From Candidatus Micrarchaeota archaeon (GTDB lineage Archaea > Micrarchaeota > Micrarchaeia > Anstonellales > Bilamarchaeaceae), in the NCBI GenBank assembly GCA_038046805.1, contig JBBSVO010000003.1, forward strand, positions 19,878-83,877: a DNA stretch of 64,000 nucleotides. Reading direction: 5' to 3'. A model generated the notes under the pieces. The model ran no database searches. It was not told where the DNA came from and worked only from the letters and a program-made list of their open reading frames with translations. A program made the translations under genes and the position numbers. Positions 60,131-64,000 of this stretch are shown in pieces (positions within the stretch are counted from its first letter, which is position 1; each line of letters starts with the position of its first letter).

Positions 60131-62032
60131 TTATTTCAGCCTAACCGCTTCCAGATCAGCCAAACTTCTTCCATCTTTTCTAAGCATTGCTGCAGCTGAA
60201 CGAGCAAATTCCTCGGTCTTTCCCCAATCACCATGCATTGTATAAACATGCTCAGGAGTCGGTCGAAGATTTTTAAGATAAGCCATAAGCTGAGACCTAT
60301 CTGAATGTCCTGAAAATCCTTCAACTGTTTCAACGCTCATGTTAACATTTAGGATTTTCGTCCTGCCGTCATCCCCTGCAATTGGAATTTCCTTCAGGCC
60401 TTTTTGCAGCTTTGCACCAAGCGAAAGCGCAGACTGGTAACCAACAAATACAAGGGCATTCTTTGCGTCGTCGGCAAGCAACTTTAGATATTCATACGAA
60501 GGCCCGCCGCTAAGCATACCAGATGGAGCAAGAATAATAGACGGTTCATCACCGGTTGCGATTCCCTCCTTGTCGCTGCCTTTCGCAACTTTTATCATGG
60601 ACGATTCAAACGGACTGTTGTTTGAAAGAATCCTTCGCTGCACCTGTTCCCGCAAGTATTCGGGATAAGCAGTATGAATTGCAGATGCCTCAAGAACCAT
60701 TCCATCTATGTAGACAGGAACATTGAAGTCTGGATTTCTCCTATAATAATCTTCAAGAACAAGCATTATTTCCTGGCTTCGTCCTACTGCAAAAACAGGA
60801 ATGAGAACCTTTCCGCGTTTTGCAATCGTATCCTTCATTACGTTAACCAGACGGGTTTCCATGTCAACGCGATTTGGCATAATATCTGCACGACCACCAT
60901 ACGTACTTTCTATAAAAACCGTTTCTACACGCGGGAAGACCGTATTCGCAGGCTCAAATAGTTTTGTGAATCCAAATTTCATGTCTCCAGTATAAACAAG
61001 ATTATGCATTCCTTCTCCGATATGAAGATGAACCATGGCACTTCCAAGAATGTGACCTGCATTATAAAGAGTCATTTTTATTTCAGGAGTGATATCCACT
61101 ACTTCCCCATAATCTATTGTAATAACGTGCCTCAATTCTGTTTGGATGTCCTTTTTGGAATACGGCGGCTCCATTCCAAACGTTTTTTTTGCAAGATTGA
61201 TATAATCCTGCTGAAGAAGAACCATGATGTCCCGCGTAGGTGGTGTGCAATACACCGGACCATCATATCCATATTCATATAGATAAGGAACAAACCCCAT
61301 GTGGTCCATGTGACCATGACTTATGACTACTGCATCAAGCTGGTCAAGCGGAAAACCAAGCATGTTAAGATATGGGTAAGCTCTTGTTGGATCGCCAGTT
61401 GCTGTATTTACACCGCAATCCAGAAGAACCTTGCTGTTTGGAGTCTGGATAAGAAAACACGAACGCCCTATTTCCTTGAAAGCACCTAGACAAAGTGCAC
61501 GTAGCCAGTCGCTGGATGAAATAGGTTGGCAGATTTTTCTCCCAACATTCACCAGGAATTTCTTTCTATCAACCGCATCACCTATTATAGATTTGCGAAC
61601 TCCGTCCAGGGTTGAAGATGGCATTGTCGGAGCGCGAAGGGCAACTGCTGCCCAACCGGTGCGAAGCATTATTTCTTTTAAGACAGAACCTCCCTTTCCA
61701 ATTACGAGACCTGGCTTAAGGGCTTCCACGTGCATCTCGGAAAACTCTGGATTAGGCATGATATTTCTTATTCCTGCATCCGCTGGAACAAGCTCTTCTA
61801 TGATTTTCTTTGCATCTTCAATTGGAAGAAGTGCAGATGCATCAACACGTACAACAATTTTCTTTTTCAGAGAACCGGCAAGCTGCCGTATCAACTGATC
61901 ATTCTGGTAAAATGCCTTAATGTTTTTTATGTAAATAGCAGTAACCAGGCCTTCTGGCTCAACCTTCGTAACCTGACATTCTTTTGGCATAAGCTCAATA
62001 ACTGTTTTTTCTATATCTTTATAGTGCAACAA
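60131..62032 (-). CDS. aCPSF1 KH-beta-CASP ribonuclease (transcription termination factor)
   Basis: KPGLVIGKGG, SHGHMDH, AGHILGS and GFSGHSD motifs; TTG start after AGGTGA. Confidence 0.95.
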   Translation of the reverse strand: MLHYKDIEKTVIELMPKECQVTKVEPEGLVTAIYIKNIKAFYQNDQLIRQLAGSLKKKIVVRVDASALLPIEDAKKIIEELVPADAGIRNIMPNPEFSEMHVEALKPGLVIGKGGSVLKEIMLRTGWAAVALRAPTMPSSTLDGVRKSIIGDAVDRKKFLVNVGRKICQPISSSDWLRALCLGAFKEIGRSCFLIQTPNSKVLLDCGVNTATGDPTRAYPYLNMLGFPLDQLDAVVISHGHMDHMGFVPYLYEYGYDGPVYCTPPTRDIMVLLQQDYINLAKKTFGMEPPYSKKDIQTELRHVITIDYGEVVDITPEIKMTLYNAGHILGSAMVHLHIGEGMHNLVYTGDMKFGFTKLFEPANTVFPRVETVFIESTYGGRADIMPNRVDMETRLVNVMKDTIAKRGKVLIPVFAVGRSQEIMLVLEDYYRRNPDFNVPVYIDGMVLEASAIHTAYPEYLREQVQRRILSNNSPFESSMIKVAKGSDKEGIATGDEPSIILAPSGMLSGGPSYEYLKLLADDAKNALVFVGYQSALSLGAKLQKGLKEIPIAGDDGRTKILNVNMSVETVEGFSGHSDRSQLMAYLKNLRPTPEHVYTMHGDWGKTEEFARSAAAMLRKDGRSLADLEAVRLK

Positions 62033-62195
62033 AATCACCTTTCTTTGTATATTGTCTCTAATTATTTTGGAGGAACAAAACTCAAACAAATCCGAACAAA
62101 CGTGCGGAAAAAATAAATAATAAAAGAAAAAGCGCAGATAAATGCGCGCAAAAAAGAAAAACAAACGCGAAATGCGAGACCCGAAACGCAAAACT

Positions 62196-62849
62196 CTACG
62201 CTCCGAGAATGGTTTTTATCTCGTGCTTGTCATATCTCCTGAATCCGTTTTTAGTTATCAACACCAGGTCAACGCGTTCCCCGCTTGCAGCATCACGCTT
62301 CATTGCAGCAGCAACAGATTTTGCTGCGATTCGCAAATTATCATCGATGCTCTCGTCTTCCTTGTAAAGCTCTTCCAGAACACCATATGCGATTGGAGAA
62401 CCGCTTCCGGTTGAAGTGAATTTTTCCTCTGTCACACCACCAAGCATATCAACGCTGAAAAGTCTTCCTTTTCCAGTCTCGTCAACTCCGCCGATAATCA
62501 GCTGGACAAAGAATGGATAAAACTTGTAATTTGCAAGAATATTGGAGAGAAGTGTAGCAGCAGCTTCCACGGATGGACGCTTGTCATTTCTAAGTTTGTA
62601 TAACTTGAGTTCAGAGGTCATCCAGCGTACAAGTGACTGCGCATCCCCAACGCCACCTGCGATAGTCATGGCGATGTGATCATCAATTGCATAAATCTTA
62701 TCGATATCCTTACTTGCAATCAAGTAACCCATTGTCGCCCGTCTATCCGAAGCAAGAACAATTCCGTCCTTGCACACAAGACCGACAGTCGTGGTTCCAG
62801 TTTGCACTATTTTATCCCTTTCGTCCTTACTCAAGTCTCTATCCATCAA
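62196..62849 (-). CDS. psmB: Proteasome subunit beta
   Basis: Propeptide, then TG|TTTVG; ASDRRAT and GSGSP motifs. Confidence 0.97.
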   Translation of the reverse strand: MMDRDLSKDERDKIVQTGTTTVGLVCKDGIVLASDRRATMGYLIASKDIDKIYAIDDHIAMTIAGGVGDAQSLVRWMTSELKLYKLRNDKRPSVEAAATLLSNILANYKFYPFFVQLIIGGVDETGKGRLFSVDMLGGVTEEKFTSTGSGSPIAYGVLEELYKEDESIDDNLRIAAKSVAAAMKRDAASGERVDLVLITKNGFRRYDKHEIKTILGA

Positions 62850-62927
62850 TAATCACCTGGGAGAATAAGCTATAACCATATGTGAAGGGGAATATTTAAA
62901 TATGTTGGGGGAGCTCTTCGAACTTAA

Positions 62928-63971
62928 TTAACGGCATGCGTTGGCCGAACAAAGCAAAAGTTTCGTACTTGATCTCCTTCTCTTTTCTACTGAAAAGTCC
63001 AGGCCAGTCTGTGAACTGGTGGATTCTAGGTAAACTTGGAGCATTGTCTCGCGTACATCTGCCGAGGCGATGTGTTTTATCAGATCAAATGCGGACGTAA
63101 AAACCTCATCCACAAAACTTTCTGCCTCATGCGCATCAAAATCACAAATCGTATGATTCTCTGCGTCAGTAAATTTGCCATCAACAAGACGATTATCGTC
63201 AATGGATCCTATGCTGACTAACCTCCTGCCTTTCCTCGCAAGCTGAACCTGTGCCCTTACTACAGTTGCATTGATTTCGGCATACACACGGGCTAGATTT
63301 ACTAATGAAACTATACTCATTTCATCAAACACCTGGAAATTCCGTTCGCTCATGCGCACATTGGTATTGTATGCACGCACAAGCTGACCAAACCGAAACC
63401 TTCTTTTTGTTTCAGCATCCATGCAAACACGCAGATTAAGAGCCCCTGGGAACGGATTCACAGCAACATGCGGAATCTGCGGAATTCCAAACCATGGCAG
63501 TATCAAATCAGAAAATTCTGCACGTGCTTTCAATAATCCCAGCACGCCCCATGGCCTTCGAAATATCGGATCGCCTATATGGGTCGGTCTCCACTCTGTT
63601 ATAGGGTCATACCATTTGCCAGGGCACATAAGCTGCTCGTAGTCTGCATCCGCGCCTGCGCCTTTGAAGTTGAGTATGGCATATTCTCTACCTTCGTGCT
63701 CAAATGATTCATCCAAAAGGATATCAAGACCTTTGCCCCTTCTGAACACGCGCATAAGCACGATTTCATAATCCGAAGATTTGAGATCCTGTGCATAACG
63801 TGGATGAACAAGCACGCAATCCTGAAGCTTTTCACCGCGCACGGGAATTTTCGCAATTGGCATGAGTTTGGTTTCTATGAGTGCCGGATGCCCGAAATGT
63901 CTTGTTATGGCAGTGCCTGAGTACATATCAAAATATCGGTATGTTTTGAGAGGGACTATGCTGTGAACCAT
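62928..63971 (-). CDS. Divergent SelO/YdiU-like kinase-fold protein
   Basis: NFKGAG, WG...RAEF...GIP, VR..NVR and DDN..DGKFTD align in order with SelO motifs. Confidence 0.45.
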   Translation of the reverse strand: MVHSIVPLKTYRYFDMYSGTAITRHFGHPALIETKLMPIAKIPVRGEKLQDCVLVHPRYAQDLKSSDYEIVLMRVFRRGKGLDILLDESFEHEGREYAILNFKGAGADADYEQLMCPGKWYDPITEWRPTHIGDPIFRRPWGVLGLLKARAEFSDLILPWFGIPQIPHVAVNPFPGALNLRVCMDAETKRRFRFGQLVRAYNTNVRMSERNFQVFDEMSIVSLVNLARVYAEINATVVRAQVQLARKGRRLVSIGSIDDNRLVDGKFTDAENHTICDFDAHEAESFVDEVFTSAFDLIKHIASADVRETMLQVYLESTSSQTGLDFSVEKRRRSSTKLLLCSANACR

Positions 63972-64000
63972 AAATACAAACCAGATAAATAATTAAACGA

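Noticed and set aside
62033-62191. Hydrophobic N-terminal extension of aCPSF1
   Set aside because: It translates heptamer-periodic intergenic DNA; an SD plus TTG at 62032 gives the normal length

Overview
Archaeal chromosome segment. Split RpoA'/A'' and RpoB''/B', rpl30e-nusA, aCPSF1-psmB, Alba, archaeal TyrRS and GGTGA-type SD sites show an archaeon; a DPANN lineage such as Micrarchaeota is an inference. Bases 1-25.7 kb (minus strand) hold the RNA polymerase operon and the S10/spc ribosomal-protein cluster through secY-adk. It is interrupted by an inverted membrane protein ending in a HicA-like RNase domain, a YkgJ-type gene and a 123-bp tandem duplication. Bases 25.7-64 kb mix housekeeping genes (guaAA, tyw3, tyrS, RLI, Alba, DEAD helicase, sod/ferritin/ahpC, aCPSF1, psmB) with accessory genes. 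Best leads: (1) a seven-gene family of Cys-rich two-module repeat proteins, in fused and split forms, two loci of which lie next to a regulator and a palindromic operator; (2) a divergent peptidoglycan-binding-domain and lytic-transglycosylase pair; (3) a conserved stem-loop in four copies upstream of rps17, rpl2 and rpoA1; (4) a box C/D sRNA whose D guide points at 16S C1402, followed by a four-hairpin element; (5) two tiny tandem C8 RING-like genes missed by the ORF track; (6) a (GACAA)3 frameshift splitting a lipoprotein-HEAT gene; (7) a divergent SelO-like protein. All family calls come from motif recognition by eye; no database searches were run.
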